Source of the DNA: Trichinella spiralis
Lineage: Eukaryota
Direction of reading: 5' to 3'
DNA: 64,000 bases
Assembly (NCBI RefSeq): GCF_000181795.1
Contig: NW_003526941.1
Location: 10,096,493 to 10,160,492 of the forward strand
Part shown: positions 37,001-49,903 of the stretch, piece by piece
Layout of the letters: each line of letters starts with the position of its first letter
Position numbering within the stretch: the stretch's first letter is position 1
The notes under the pieces: generated by a model
Database searches by the model: none
The model's input: only the letters and a program-made list of their open reading frames with translations
Told to the model about the DNA's origin: nothing
Program-made: the position numbers and the translations under genes

Positions 37001-39201
37001 CTGATGACGCGTCAGCAGTTGATGAATCCGTTCGACAGTGACGAAGAGAATTCTCAACAGATTGCTGGAGACGATGCGGATGAAGCTGAAATTGAAGAGC
37101 CGAAAAAAGCTTCAGATGCAAATCAGCAGCAGCAGCAGCCATCTTCTGCTGCTTCAGTAATGGACAATTCGGCCAAGTTCAATGTAAATGAGAAGAATTG
37201 AAATTTGGCAAAATTTGCATATTTGTGCAAATCTTGTGTGTTGTAGATGAAGCCGGCGGCGAGTCGTGAAGAAGAATTGAGACGAAGAGTGCGCGAAATT
37301 GTCGACAGTTTCCCAATCCAAAATGACGATTGCACAACGATTGAAGTGGACTTTTTTCTTTTAATCATTTGTTTTCATTATTTAAATTTTATTTAATTAA
37401 TTTTTGATTCGCGCAGAATTCGGAACGTCGACAAGAATTGACCGCACGAGCCAGGCAATTGATCAAGCAGTTCAACAACGCCGCCGCCGGTGACGAGGCG
37501 ACTGTCGTACGATTGTCCGAAACGTTGAAGTCAGATTTGACGACACTGGTGACAAACCCTGTGAATTCTGCGATGGAACCAAAACGTCCGGACAACATTC
37601 ACTGCAACAATGCCGCTATGCCATGTATGTTAATTTTTTTTAATCTTTCATCTTTTGATCTCTCAATCTCTGTAAGCTGTGTTTTACCTTGTATTTTGTT
37701 GTATTTTTCCAGTTCAACGTGTTCAGTCGCCAACCTACTACAACGATAGCGACACTAGTAAGCTCACGACGAAAACGCCAAATAGTCAGTGTTTATCTAT
37801 GTTTAGGAAATATTTTTCTTTTCATCTCTTTCTTCTTCAGGTACCTTAACGCCAACATCCCCACATTTACAAAGTCCCATAACGAAAGAATCATTGCTCA
37901 TGTCTACTGCTGGTTTCACCCCGCCACCCAGTGGTGCTTCAAAGATGGACCGTGTGACAATGTTAGCCCAGGTTAGATTGAAGCTTTTTGTTTTTATTTA
38001 TTTATTTATTGGTTTTCTTTTTTATCAGGACGCCGCATCCGAATCAGCTTTTGCCCGGTTTAAACGTTTCGGTTCAATGCGTGGGCAAGAGCTTGCCCAT
38101 AGTATCGGTATACTTTCGAATCGGGTCACCCAGACGGTGCGCAGTGCTTCGGTGGTACGTTTTGGTTTGGCAATTTAAATTTTTAATATATGTTTAATTT
38201 GTTGTTGTATGCAGCCTCGTGAATCGGAATTGCCAAACGTGCCATCGTCGTCGAATAAAAATCTACTTAAATCTTCTGCCAGTCCAGCGAATGAAACTGA
38301 AAAAACACCAACGGCTTACCAACCGCCGACGAAGATTATCACCCCTCTGGATGTAGGATGGAATTCTTTTTTTTTTCAATTATCTCTCTCTTTTTTTGTA
38401 TATTTTAATTTTTTGCATTTCAGATGGAATTGCAAAGGAAATCGGTCACCGAAGAAATGGAAGCTCTGGTGGAAAAGCAGAAAGAGTTGGACCATCGTGC
38501 CAATGAAGTTGAAAAAGAATGGCGGCTGGTTATGCAAGAAGGTTGGTTGGTTGTGTAATTTGAAAAATTATCATAATCAGCATCGTCATTATAATTTTTG
38601 TTGTTTTTTTCCTATATATTTCAAGCGCCCGGAACTGAACGTGAAAAAAATTTGATGAATGAATATTTTTTACTGGTGAACGAACGCAACTTACTCACTC
38701 GTCGTGAGATGCACCTCAGTCTTTTGTATGCTTTTTTTTGGAAAGCTGTGTTTGTTGTTTATTTTTAACAAAAATCCATTGTAGGGAAACAATTCGTTCA
38801 TTTGAACAACGTTTCAATGAAGTGCAGAAAGAGTTGGCTGAACTGATCAACATCGAAGGTGGTTTGTCAAAAATTGTATTAATGATAATAATTAATTTTC
38901 AATAATTGAAACATTTTTTTAAGAATGTGAAAAAACTGAAGCTCACAAGCAGAGAATTGACGTGTTGATGGATGAGCTGATCGCTATAGTGAATAAACGG
39001 GACGAGCTTGTGCAACAATTATTGCAGCATGATCAAGGGTAAGAAATTTTTTGATTAATTAATTGACTGAGGTAATAATAATATTGTTTTTTTTTCATTT
39101 TGAATTTTAGCACTGAAGAAGATGCAGAAATAGCGGATGCATTGTTGCAAAATAATTTCTCCGTACTGGAGAATGATCATAAGAGTTGTGTAATTCAATG
39201 A
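34007..39201 (+). CDS. EHBP1: EH domain-binding protein 1 (NT-C2, CH domain, NPF, bMERB coiled coil, CaaX)
   Basis: NT-C2 in exons 34007-34171 and 35205-35586. CH domain DLLSWCQQV...[14 protein letters not shown]...HFRPDLIDF in 36166-36399. MNPFDSDEE motif, [12 protein letters not shown], and C-terminal CVIQ* at 39187-39201. Confidence 0.95.
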
Positions 39202-39823
39202 TAATGATAATACGATGCCGAGAGAAGTGGATGGAACTTGTGTGTTTTATTTTATTTCTCTTATCTTTCTTTCCGGCGGAAACTTCCTAGACTGTGGATG
39301 AGCTTGTGATGAGCAAACATTTGCGCCCTGCTTGCCTTTTTAACTCTTGTTATTATCTCATGTACGATTTTTTTTAAAAAGTTTTGTTAAAATTGTCGGT
39401 GCAGTGCGGTCGATGTGAATCTTGCTCCGCCAACCGAAGTGCAGTTCAGAAGAAAAAGGAGAAGTTTTCCATGTTTGTTTTTTACATTACACTTGATCCA
39501 TTTACACAAACAGACAAGCTTTTGGTGGTGTTGCTTTTTTGTCTTCCTCCACGCCACATGCATACATACATACATACATACATACATACATACATAGCTA
39601 TTATGAACATAATAACAATTGTGTGTAATAATGATACTAGTTGTTTGATAATCCTCTACTCGCTAGTATATATATATATATAGTCAAGTTTCAGTTATTT
39701 ATTTTTTTTGTTTGTTTGTTTATTTGTGCATTTTTTAAAAAATTGTTCAAAATGAAAGTTATGTTTTTCATTTTTGGGTTAAATCATTTTGTGTACGTAT
39801 GACAGGGGCTGTGTGACAACAGG

Positions 39824-42573
39824 TCAGGAGTCGGGTGTGGTGCGAGAAACGTTTTGGAGACGATTGGCTGCGGGACGGAGCAACGAGGCGAGACGATCCA
39901 ATATGCAAGCTTTGGTCTGGACGCCCAGCGTGTTGTACACGGCCCGGGTTATCAAGTCGAGCAGTTGTTGGGGATCGTCGACGGCCAGCAGGGCGATCGG
40001 CATCAGGTCGTAGAGCAGGCAACGGTCGAGCATGTACAATTTTTCGCCCACGAACAGGGTCGACGAACCGTGGAGCACGTAGTCGACCGTGGAGCGCATC
40101 AAGCCCGACGAGCGAGTCGTGCAAGCCGCTTTCAACAGTTGGGATACGTTGTGGTCCTCGATGGTCACCAGAGGCGGATGGACGGCCAGAAGGAACTGGG
40201 CCGTTTCGTCGTCGGTCATGCTGACGGTCAGTTGGTCCACACTGCCGGCAGTACCGGTCGTGGCCAACGTTTGCAGAATTTGATCGGACCAGGCGGCCAG
40301 ATAATACGGATTGACAAAATAACAGCACTGGCCCAGTGTATGCAATTTGGCGAAATTGAGTTCTGATTTCAGCTTGAAGCGTTCCAAACGATCTCGTGTT
40401 TTTGGTCGATTCACCTGGAATGATTAAGTGTTGTTGTTGTTGTTATTGTTATTGTTGTTCATGCAAATTTGATGTTTTTGAAAATTAGAATATACAAGAA
40501 CGTGACTGTGATCCGCGACGCCGTTGTAGATGGCTTCGAGTAGGCGAACTTTTGTCCGGTCACTGATATGTGCGTATTGGGCAGATTCACATTCGGCCGG
40601 TCGACGACGACGTTGCGACGCCAGACGAACGATCAGTTCACTGGTCAGTGGTTCCAGATGGTAGCGGTCGGCCAATTCGAGCTGTTCCATCAGGGACAAT
40701 TTGGAACAGTTGCGCATGAATTCCATGCACTTTTCTCGCAGACCTTCGACGTCGAATTCGTTTGCCAAATTCAACATTGGTTTCAAGTTGGATTCTGATA
40801 AAAAGAAGAGAAAATATTAAAACAAAAAACTGAAAGAAAGAAACACATAATTCTCGTCATTGTTGATCAAATCACCGACCGGTAAGCTGCTTTTGAGTCG
40901 GATATATGGTGAGCAGAAAGTCGACCAACTGGTCGTAGTGGACATTGACCAAATAGCCTTGATCTTTGGGACCGTTGCTGAACAGACGGCGGAAAACCGG
41001 CGACCAGACCGACAAATACTGATCGCAGACGAATACCACTTTCCCATTGCTGATCAGCTTCTGATTTCTCAACAAATCCGGGTGACTGAAGTCGATTGTT
41101 GTACGGATTCGGTTGCTTTTTCTGTCTCCATCCAATCGCTGCAACATTTACACTGTTCAATAATAGTATGTATTTTTTTATAATCTTCTTTTTAAATTTG
41201 TTTTTTTTAATTTTCTCTCTATGTATGCATGCATGTTTGCCGTGTTTGCTTTTTTTTATTATTATCAACTGGAGAGAAAAAATAATAATACTTTTTCATC
41301 GAAGCGTGAGTGAATATTTGACAAGCAGCAAACAACAATTGTTGTTGGTTCGATTTTATCTACATTTTAATCGATTCAAATCAACTCTTTTCAACTCAAG
41401 CACTTTTATTGCTATTATATATATATATATGCAGATCTAGATGTAGATGTAGATCTATATATGGCGAACAGGGTAGGTGTTTATTTCGATTTTTCTTTTC
41501 CTTTTTTTCTTGTCTTTTTTCCTACAACAATGCTAGTTTGTTTGCTACGTTTGAACGAGTAACAATTGAACACTGACTGCTGCACTTTGTCTGGCTTTTT
41601 ATAACCAAATGAAATTTTGCATCAGGAGATAAATAATTATATAAATGGTCACGCAATTTTTCACAACTGTTGTGTCTACTTGTAATTTAATTTTTGCATT
41701 TTGTTGTTTTTTATCCCACTTTAATTCTGTCTTTTACTCGCACTACGCAACATGTGTAGGAGAAGAAGAAAGAGGGGTTGGTTAGTTAGTTGGATTTTTT
41801 TCCTGATATTTAAATTTTAAATTTAAATTTTCAAAATACAATTGATGGATTTTTAAATAGACTTTGTATTTAGACAGAATTGCTATTTCTCATTCAATAA
41901 TTGATTGATTATTTGTAACTTTATATGCTATATTTTGCACTGCACTTAGGCAACTTGCAATTTATAGAATTGCAATTTTTGAAAAATTAATATTGCCCAG
42001 TTGATTTTGGTAATTTGTCGTGTGAAATGTGTTTTCAGCATTCACTATTGTGGTGAAAAATATGCTTTCAAATGTTATGCAAGTTGTCAGGTTGTTTGTT
42101 GGAATGAATTGGAGAATTTTTCATTTGAAAATGAAAATGAAATAAATTTTCATACAATATGCAACAACAACAACAACAACAATGATTCATTTGATTCTTT
42201 AAAAATGTGCAATAATGAATTGAATTGAATTGAATTGAATTCGATTTGTGCTTTTGGCGAATGAACAGCTAAATAATTCACTTGACAATGTGCAAAGATA
42301 GACAGATAACTTTTAAAAAATACCATACAAATGATGGATTCAGGTAAATTAATGATCGTCGAGTGTCACGTGTATATTTTTCCTTTCTATACACACAGCC
42401 CGAAAAATGAATTTATAATTAACTTCACTTTGAATAATTTATGACATTTATTGTTATTACAGTGAGAAGATATTTTTTAAATTTATTACCTGATCAATGA
42501 TTGCCGATTTAGCCCATCGACGTGACCACGAGCTCGACGTTGTTGCATCATTGTTGCAATAAAATGCCGACAT
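39824..42573 (-). CDS. Tandem BTB/POZ-domain protein
   Basis: Exons 41147(or 41138)-40880, 40794-40502, 40414-39824 join in frame. An optional upstream exon 42573-42490 joins in frame at the acceptor ending 41139. BTB1 VVFVCDQYLSVWSPVFRRLF...FLLTIYP; degenerate BTB2 YFVNPYYLAAWS...FLLAVHPP. Confidence 0.8.
41570..41603 (-). promoter_or_regulatory. Candidate TATA plus Initiator core promoter for the short BTB isoform
   Basis: Minus-strand TATAAAAA starts at 41603 and TCAGT has its A at 41574, 29 nt downstream. Confidence 0.45.
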
Positions 42574-42763
42574 TGGCAAGTTATATGTATATATATATAT
42601 TCCAACAAGTGGGGCTTTTTTATATTATATTATATTATATTGCATATTTTGAAATCGACCAAGTGAGTAGATTTTCAACAGCGATGCTGCATGCAACGCT
42701 TGAATTGAGCTCATGAAGGCGATGAACGTTAGTTAGTCGCAATAGTCGTGTGTGTCCATGTCG

Positions 42764-42828
42764 TCGACCAGCCGCTGCGGTCGCTGATGGTTCCATTGAT
42801 GGAACCATCAGTGGCCGAAGTTGATCGA
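42764..42828 (+). other. Hairpin with an 18-bp stem and 4-nt loop (candidate structured or small RNA)
   Basis: cggtcgctgatggttcca-ttga-tggaaccatcagtggccg (42778-42817) is fully paired with two G-U pairs. An outer helix tcgaccagc/gttgatcga extends it. Confidence 0.5.
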
Positions 42829-44652
42829 TAAAGCAGGCAATCCATACGGAATTGGTATTCGTCGAGCCAACTTTGACTATTGATAGCGGTTGTCAATTAA
42901 AGTGGGATCAACAACCGGCGCCCTGTAGTCAGACACATCGATTCTTCGTCGTTTTGCGCTTATTCAAGAGTAAAAACGTTTTTCTTCTCCTCTATCATTA
43001 TCGTTATTATTATTATTATTGTTATTACTATTATTATTTATTCTGTGTTTGCATAATGATGACAATTATTAATATTGTTGTTGTTCGGTTTTCAAATTTT
43101 AGCACCAAAATTGAACTTTGCACGTTTTGTGCATATGATGAAATTTACAGACGATTTGAATTTGGCTTGAGTGGAGGAAGTTAACGAACCAAACGATTAG
43201 GAAGTTTGTGATGAGTGGTAATAAACGTCACTGTCGTTCGTCGACTTGTGCAATGTGATCAAAAAGCGCTTTGCTTTGAACGAAAAGCACAAATGCATGC
43301 AAGAAGAGAGAGAGAGAGATGGGTGCACTCTGGCTTGGATGGCTGAAGTGGAGGGGGAAAATTGAATTGAATTGAATTCAATCAAGCCGGGATGTGGTTT
43401 GATGTTGTGTAATTGTGTTTTGCCACTTGACGATTGCAACGCAAAGTTGGCTAATCGTTTTGAGTGTAATAATGTATTTGTGCATCTTAGCCACTGTGTG
43501 TGGTGTGTGTGTGTGTGTTTGTGGTCAAATAATCCATGATGGAATTAAAGTATATGCATTTTTAAAGAACATCCATCAATTTCATCGGTGAAATTGTATT
43601 CTACCAACAAATTGCACTCATTCATTCCTTTTTTTCACATTTTTCAAATTCATAAAAATTATTTTGCTTCGATTCTTTTTCAACTGTGAAAAAAACTTTA
43701 ACAATAGACGTGACATGTTCTGGAAAATATTTTTTCATTTTTTGAAAATTAATTATTTTCACTTTCAGTATTCATTTATTAAAATGTTTACTCGTCCAAT
43801 CAACTGGCAAGTTCATTCACTTTTCGACGCCGGCGTTGAAAATATGCCGTATCGCAGTTGGAGAATGAATATTTTTTTATTGATTTTTCGTTTGTGAAAA
43901 ATGTGAAACAATCAAAAACACTTTCAATTGTAAAAAGTTAATCCATACGCTTGAAGGTGGTGGTAGATTATTTATTTATTTATTTTTTGATGTTGAAAAG
44001 AAATTTCAACTGAAATTAATTTCATTTTTTAATAAAAACTCAATCGATTATTATTATTATTATTATTAGAGCTGAAAAGACTGAAATTGCAAAGTCGAAG
44101 AAATCAAAACTATTTGTTTTCAAACAACATCTCTGCAAATGTTAGTTTTATTTGTAAAAAAATTATTTAGTTTGAAGTAGTAGAACGGTTGGAAAACAGT
44201 TATGTGAATTTAATTATTTTTTAAAAAAAGTATTTCAATTTCATTTCTACTTTAATCCGTGATGTTTTTCAACAAAACAATCACACTATGAACTTGATTA
44301 ATTATAAAATACAGTAGATGATAATTGTTTATTTGAATTTGATACATTTTTTGCAACTTCACAAGTCATACTGTCAAATGATGCCACTGTAGGCTGAAGT
44401 ACGTATTTCCTTCTTTCACTTCTACATCGATGAAGAATACTCGAAACGGCCGAGTGCAAGGTATTTTTGAAACTTTGAATTTAATATACATATTTTTTTT
44501 TTATGTAAAAAAAACTCTATTTTTCTTTTTATTGTTTGTATTTATTTACACACGTATACAGTTATTGAAAAATTATATTGATATCGTTTGTTCATTTCAA
44601 ACTTTCCTTCCACATCTTTCAATCTTATCTTGCATGGAAAATTTGCATAAAG

Positions 44653-45917
44653 TTATTTATCCGTGGTGAGATTTGAAGCCTTCCAGTAGTAGACATTTCC
44701 TCTCATTGCAGTCAGACAGCACACATCCGTGGGATGCGCACTTACGGATGAGACGACGAAAGGAACCGGATGGTTGAGAATGTACAGCAAATTTCCGGTC
44801 AACAAATCCCAGCAGAACAATTTACCATCTTCTGAGCCGCTGATTATTTGTCTGTCTGAGGAGAGAAAACAACTGTCCATCTTGTATTCGTTGTTCTTGT
44901 GGCCAGTAAATCTGCAATGAACACAATGCAAAGCCAAAACTGTGGAATTTCAGCGAAAAAAATTTAGAAACACAGAAGCAAATCTCACTGGGCGAGCAAT
45001 TGTCCAGAGTCTTTTTCCAACAGTCGAACAGTGGAATCCAACGAAGATATCAGCGTGCATTGGCCATCTCGACTGAAATTGACGCTACTGACAGATTCTG
45101 AGAGAACAGACATTTTTTTAAAAAAATATTTTGACCTATTCTTCCAACAATGCTAATTTGAAATGTTGCCTTACTTCCGACAAAATCTTCATAAAGCATA
45201 CCCTTTCGCAGATCATACCGACGAGTTCGACAGTCTGCGGATCCGGTCAATATTTCGTGATCCGAAACAGTAACGCTGAGCACGCTGTCTCTGGCTTCAT
45301 CCAATATCTGAAAGCGCTTTTTCATGAGCAGAGAAACAAAGAACACAAAAAGGGTCTTTTTTAACCAATTTGTTACGAAATGCTTGCCTGGATCGGTTCG
45401 GAACTTCTGCTTCGCAAATCCCACGCACGTACTGTACAGTCCAAACTTGCCGACATCAGGACGCTAGATTCGTTGTTAAACGCCACCGCATTCACCGAAC
45501 CTTCCGATATACGACGTTCTGATTAATGAAAATGATGTGATTCGGTCATTGAACGGATACCTGCGTGACCACGGAATTTTCTCACTATTCGCCCACTGCC
45601 TACATCCCAAAGCAAAACTTGCTTATCGGAGCCGGAAGAAGCGATTTGTGCATTGTCGTGTGAACTTCTCGCGTCCAGCACTTCGTAACCATGACCAGCG
45701 TATGTTTTCAGCAACAGTCCCGAATCTCCACGATGGGGATTCCAAAGTTTCACAGTCTTATCACTCCCACAGGTCATACAATAGCCACCGTCAACTGGAA
45801 AGAATGCTCAAAGTTGAAGCGGTCTTCGTAGAAAAAACATGCTACAGGCTTACCGTTGAAACGCACAGCACGTATAGCACTTTGTTTGCAATTTATCGTG
45901 GCTGCAAGCTGTTGCAT
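44653..45917 (-). CDS. WDR83: WD repeat-containing protein 83 (MORG1)
   Basis: CKQSAIRAVRFN|VDGGYCMTCGSDKTVKLWNP...TYAGHGYEVLDA...VRKFRGHAG, ILDEARDSVLSV...RRYDLRKG and FTGHKNNEYKMD across six short-intron exons. Confidence 0.95.
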
Positions 45918-48900
45918 TTTCGAAGTTTTTTTTTCATCTACTGTAGCTGAATGGTAATTGAATTTTTTTTTATAAAATGATCCAAATTTTAAATTTCACT
46001 AATTGAACATTTTAAACATTTAATAATGTACTGTACTTACAGTATGATGTATTCAAGTTGTAAACATTAATTTGCTACATTTGTTGAAAGTAATGCTAGA
46101 AAGGAAATTTCAGAGAAAGACATCATTTTTTTTCATTTTTCTTAGTTTTTACGTTGTTCAATTTTAAAATTTCTGCATGTCCTGTTAAATCTGGTCTCTC
46201 TACGAGCAGATAAATATCTACACCGGTGACTTAGATTTAACCAACGAAACATTGTTTTCGCTTGTTGAGTAAATTTTACTCAAACCTATCAAATGGATTC
46301 AATTGTATTTAATATATTTTTTCTAATAAATAAGTATTCTACGTAATGAAGTATTCGTAAGTGATGCCCAATTGGCTTATTATGTTTTACAGCGAAATCG
46401 CATGAGAAATATTTACATATTATCAATTGATCATTTATTTGATTTTGAAAAGATTAGGAACCATAAATTTCTTTTTGAATCCATTGTAATTTTAGAATGA
46501 CCATGAAGCGAAGCTTGTTCGTATTAATAATAAGAATAAAGATGATTGACTGACTAAATGGGTAATGGTTATAATAAAAAGAATGTTGCGGCAATTGATG
46601 AATTGAGTTAATGTTTTTTTCGGCGCTACAGAAAGACGCTACTAATAATTGCAGGTAATTATTACTGAAAACGATTTTTATATAATTGTAGTGCTTCAGT
46701 TTTATTTGAGGCAATTATTTCGTAAAACATGACATTTTTGCTTTTGATTTTTTTTTGTCTAATTTATTTGTTCATTTGAAAAAATTGAAGAAACAGAATT
46801 TAAATTATGCTTTTTTCAATAAGAAATTTGCAGTGACGAACAGTTGATATATTAAGTCTATTTTTTATTTGTACGATTGCAGTTTAATTCTTCAAACTAA
46901 GTTCTGTTGGTATTCTATCATTGGTAACAAGCACTTATTAATGAATTAATTGATATGAACATATATTTTCCGTATGATATTTACAATATATTTGCATAAG
47001 ATTAATCTGATAAACAAATATTCCGTCCTATTCTTATTTGATTATAGATAAGTTTTGAATTTTATTTTAAATTAATTTACACTCACTATCGTCAACAGTT
47101 CGTGCAACTGTTGTTGAACGGTGTTGTGTATTTGAGCTAAATTGAAATGAAGTTGTAGAAACTACTTTTAAAATAGGAAGAATGAAAATGAAAATAATTT
47201 TTTAAATGGAAAAATGAACTTTGAATTTTTAGACCCTCCTTCAAATAAACTACCTTGTAGTTGGTCAGTTTCCGGCGTGATTTACGTTTCTTGGTTCAGT
47301 CGTTTTTGATCTTTTTCACTATAGTGTTTTGTTGTTCAGATTTTTACCAACGCTTCTGCTTACGGGATTTGCATAAACAACATTTTGTGACTTGCTTGTC
47401 TTGTTCCAAAGGCACGAGCTGCGGGATTATATTAATATTTAGCAGGTATATTTTGATTTTTTTAAAACGATGTACATCTGACGTTGAAGTGGATTGCTTT
47501 TAGAAGAAATGCTTGTACGCCGCCGGTCAATAATTACCGTCTACATCAACACAATCTCATCAATTCAGTATTTGAATAAAAATGAAAATTGTAATTAAAT
47601 ACATTTTCGTATATTTGTCATGGTAAATAATTGATAAAATTAAAATTAATGCATCTTATTTTAATATGAATTTCTTCAAAGGGTAAATAAGTGTGATTTT
47701 TGAAATATTTCTATCATTTTCCTAAATATAATTTATTATTACAATCAGAAATGTTTTTTTTAATATTTTGTAGATCATATGACTCAATGTGCATGTGTGT
47801 GTGTGCGATTTTGCACGATTTTTTTGCTGGTGTATTGCATTTGTTGCGTTTTTTGTTGCATTGTTTTTTGAATTGTAAACCAAAACTTTTTTTTGTGTGC
47901 TATTCTATTTTTTTCTTTGAATTTCAATTTGTTAATCTTGATATCGTGATGCTATTTCAGATGGTCGATGAAGCCGAGAAAAATTGCTAATATATTCACC
48001 TGTTGCATCTGAAGGAATGGTTCAATGTTGTTGTTATTGCTGCCCAAACGCATAAACTGTTCCTCTACCAATCACGATCGTATTTAAGGTAATTTTATTT
48101 TCTTTATTATTATTTTATTTCAAAAAGTCTGTTTATGCTTTGTTATGCATTTGATTTGAAAAGCGAGGTGAAATTTATTTTGCTCAGCTCTTTTCGCGTA
48201 GCTTATCGGGTGGAGAAAAATGTAAATTTTCAAAAGTGGGGAAACTTCCGCGTGTGAATTTTAAAAATTTTAAATTTATTCAAAATTCAACCGGATCAAC
48301 TTCGTCAAGTTCATTCAAGTGAGCATTCTTGCTGCAATTGTTCATCTTAATGCGTATGCGTGTATTCATGTACTTGATTAATAAGCTTGTCGAAAATTTT
48401 CAAATGTTTTTTCATTTTCAGTGCTGGAAAAAAATAACAAAACTTTATTAAATAATATTTTATTATTCGTAGTATTAGTAGTAGTACTTTAAATTTGTTC
48501 ATTATCATCTATAATCTGTTAAGTATTTATCTATTTAAAAGATGCCAACTAATTATATGTGCAATTTTCGTCATATTACAGAAAAGTTTTGTATATTTGA
48601 TTATATTTTGTAACAAAAGCGTTTTATGTAAAATTCACATCAGTAGTGGAAGATCCAGAGTCATATAGTACAAATTTTAGCAGATGACAAACGAAATTTT
48701 GAATTTGACCGCGTTATGAATTTTGCAAGCAAAAAAATTCGGTTTATATTTAAACAAGTAGATTCGATTTCAATTTTATCACAATGACAAACCAAGTGCA
48801 ATTGATTTATAAAATCGCACTGTTAATATCAAACAGCATCGATGTTTCAAAATTGTTTGCAATGCAATTTATACGAAAATTCATTTTTCATACTGTAAGA

Positions 48901-49903
48901 TTCTGTTTGAGCAAAGCTGTTGAAACGTGCTGATTTATTTGGGGCTTATTTTTTCACCCTTTTATTCAACACGTTGTTAATTCCGTATACTGTGACGCGA
49001 TTTGTTGTCTAATTAGAATATGATCTTCTGTTTGTTTGTCAAATAATTTTGCTTGCATTTATTTTACTCGATTCGAAATGGAGAAATGGTACATTAGCAG
49101 CAAATGATGCTTGTAATATTGTTGAAATTGCACACCAATCTGATGATACTGAAACAGGTTAACAATCAAACGTTGAAAAATATTTTTACATCATCATATG
49201 TGTACTGTATTTCATATTCTGTTTGCAAATATGATCTGTAGTCATTTTCAATTCAATTTTATTGCGATGACAAGGAAAAAAACAAAGAAATGCGAGAGAT
49301 TTGGTCAGCAGACATTCGATTAAGCAAGTGGAATTTGAAGTTGAAGTCTTTTTTCCATTATTATCATCATGCAGATGCAGTTTAAATGCATGCACTTTGG
49401 AAAAGATGACGACGATGATGTTGTTTTTCTGAAATTGTTGACGTAATGATCATTTTTGGAGTATCAAGTTACCGTCACTTCAATCGATGATTCATTCGCT
49501 GGACTTTGTGGAAGAAGGATGCATTTGAAAACGCATTTAGAAGAGGGGGTGGCAAAGCTGGCAGAGGAGGATCATATTTCACTTTTTTCCAAATCGAAAA
49601 ATCTTGATTGCTACTGCTCTTTTCCATTTTTCAGTTTTCCACCAAAATGTTGGTCAATTTTTCATTCGTTCCAAGCTTTGTGCTAAGAGAATTATTATCT
49701 TTTTTGGGGGGGAAGGGATTTCATTTTTCTTTTCAAAAACTGAAAAATATTGCAAGATGCGGATTCAGAGGTAGACAATTTTTGTTTGAATTTGATTTGA
49801 AAATGAAGGGAAAAAAATGAAGAATAAGGACAAGGAAAGCGGCGTGAGAAAGATGTACTGCTGACCGAAAAGCATGTTGAAGCGAAAGCAAGCAAACTCC
49901 CAT

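Noticed and set aside
39768..40366. Several long overlapping ORFs in both directions
   Set aside because: Shadow frames of the GC-rich last exon of the BTB gene.
46390..48090. Exon-like blocks on the + strand divergent from WDR83
   Set aside because: I could not build a phase-consistent ORF or recognise a domain. A noncoding transcript remains possible but unsupported.
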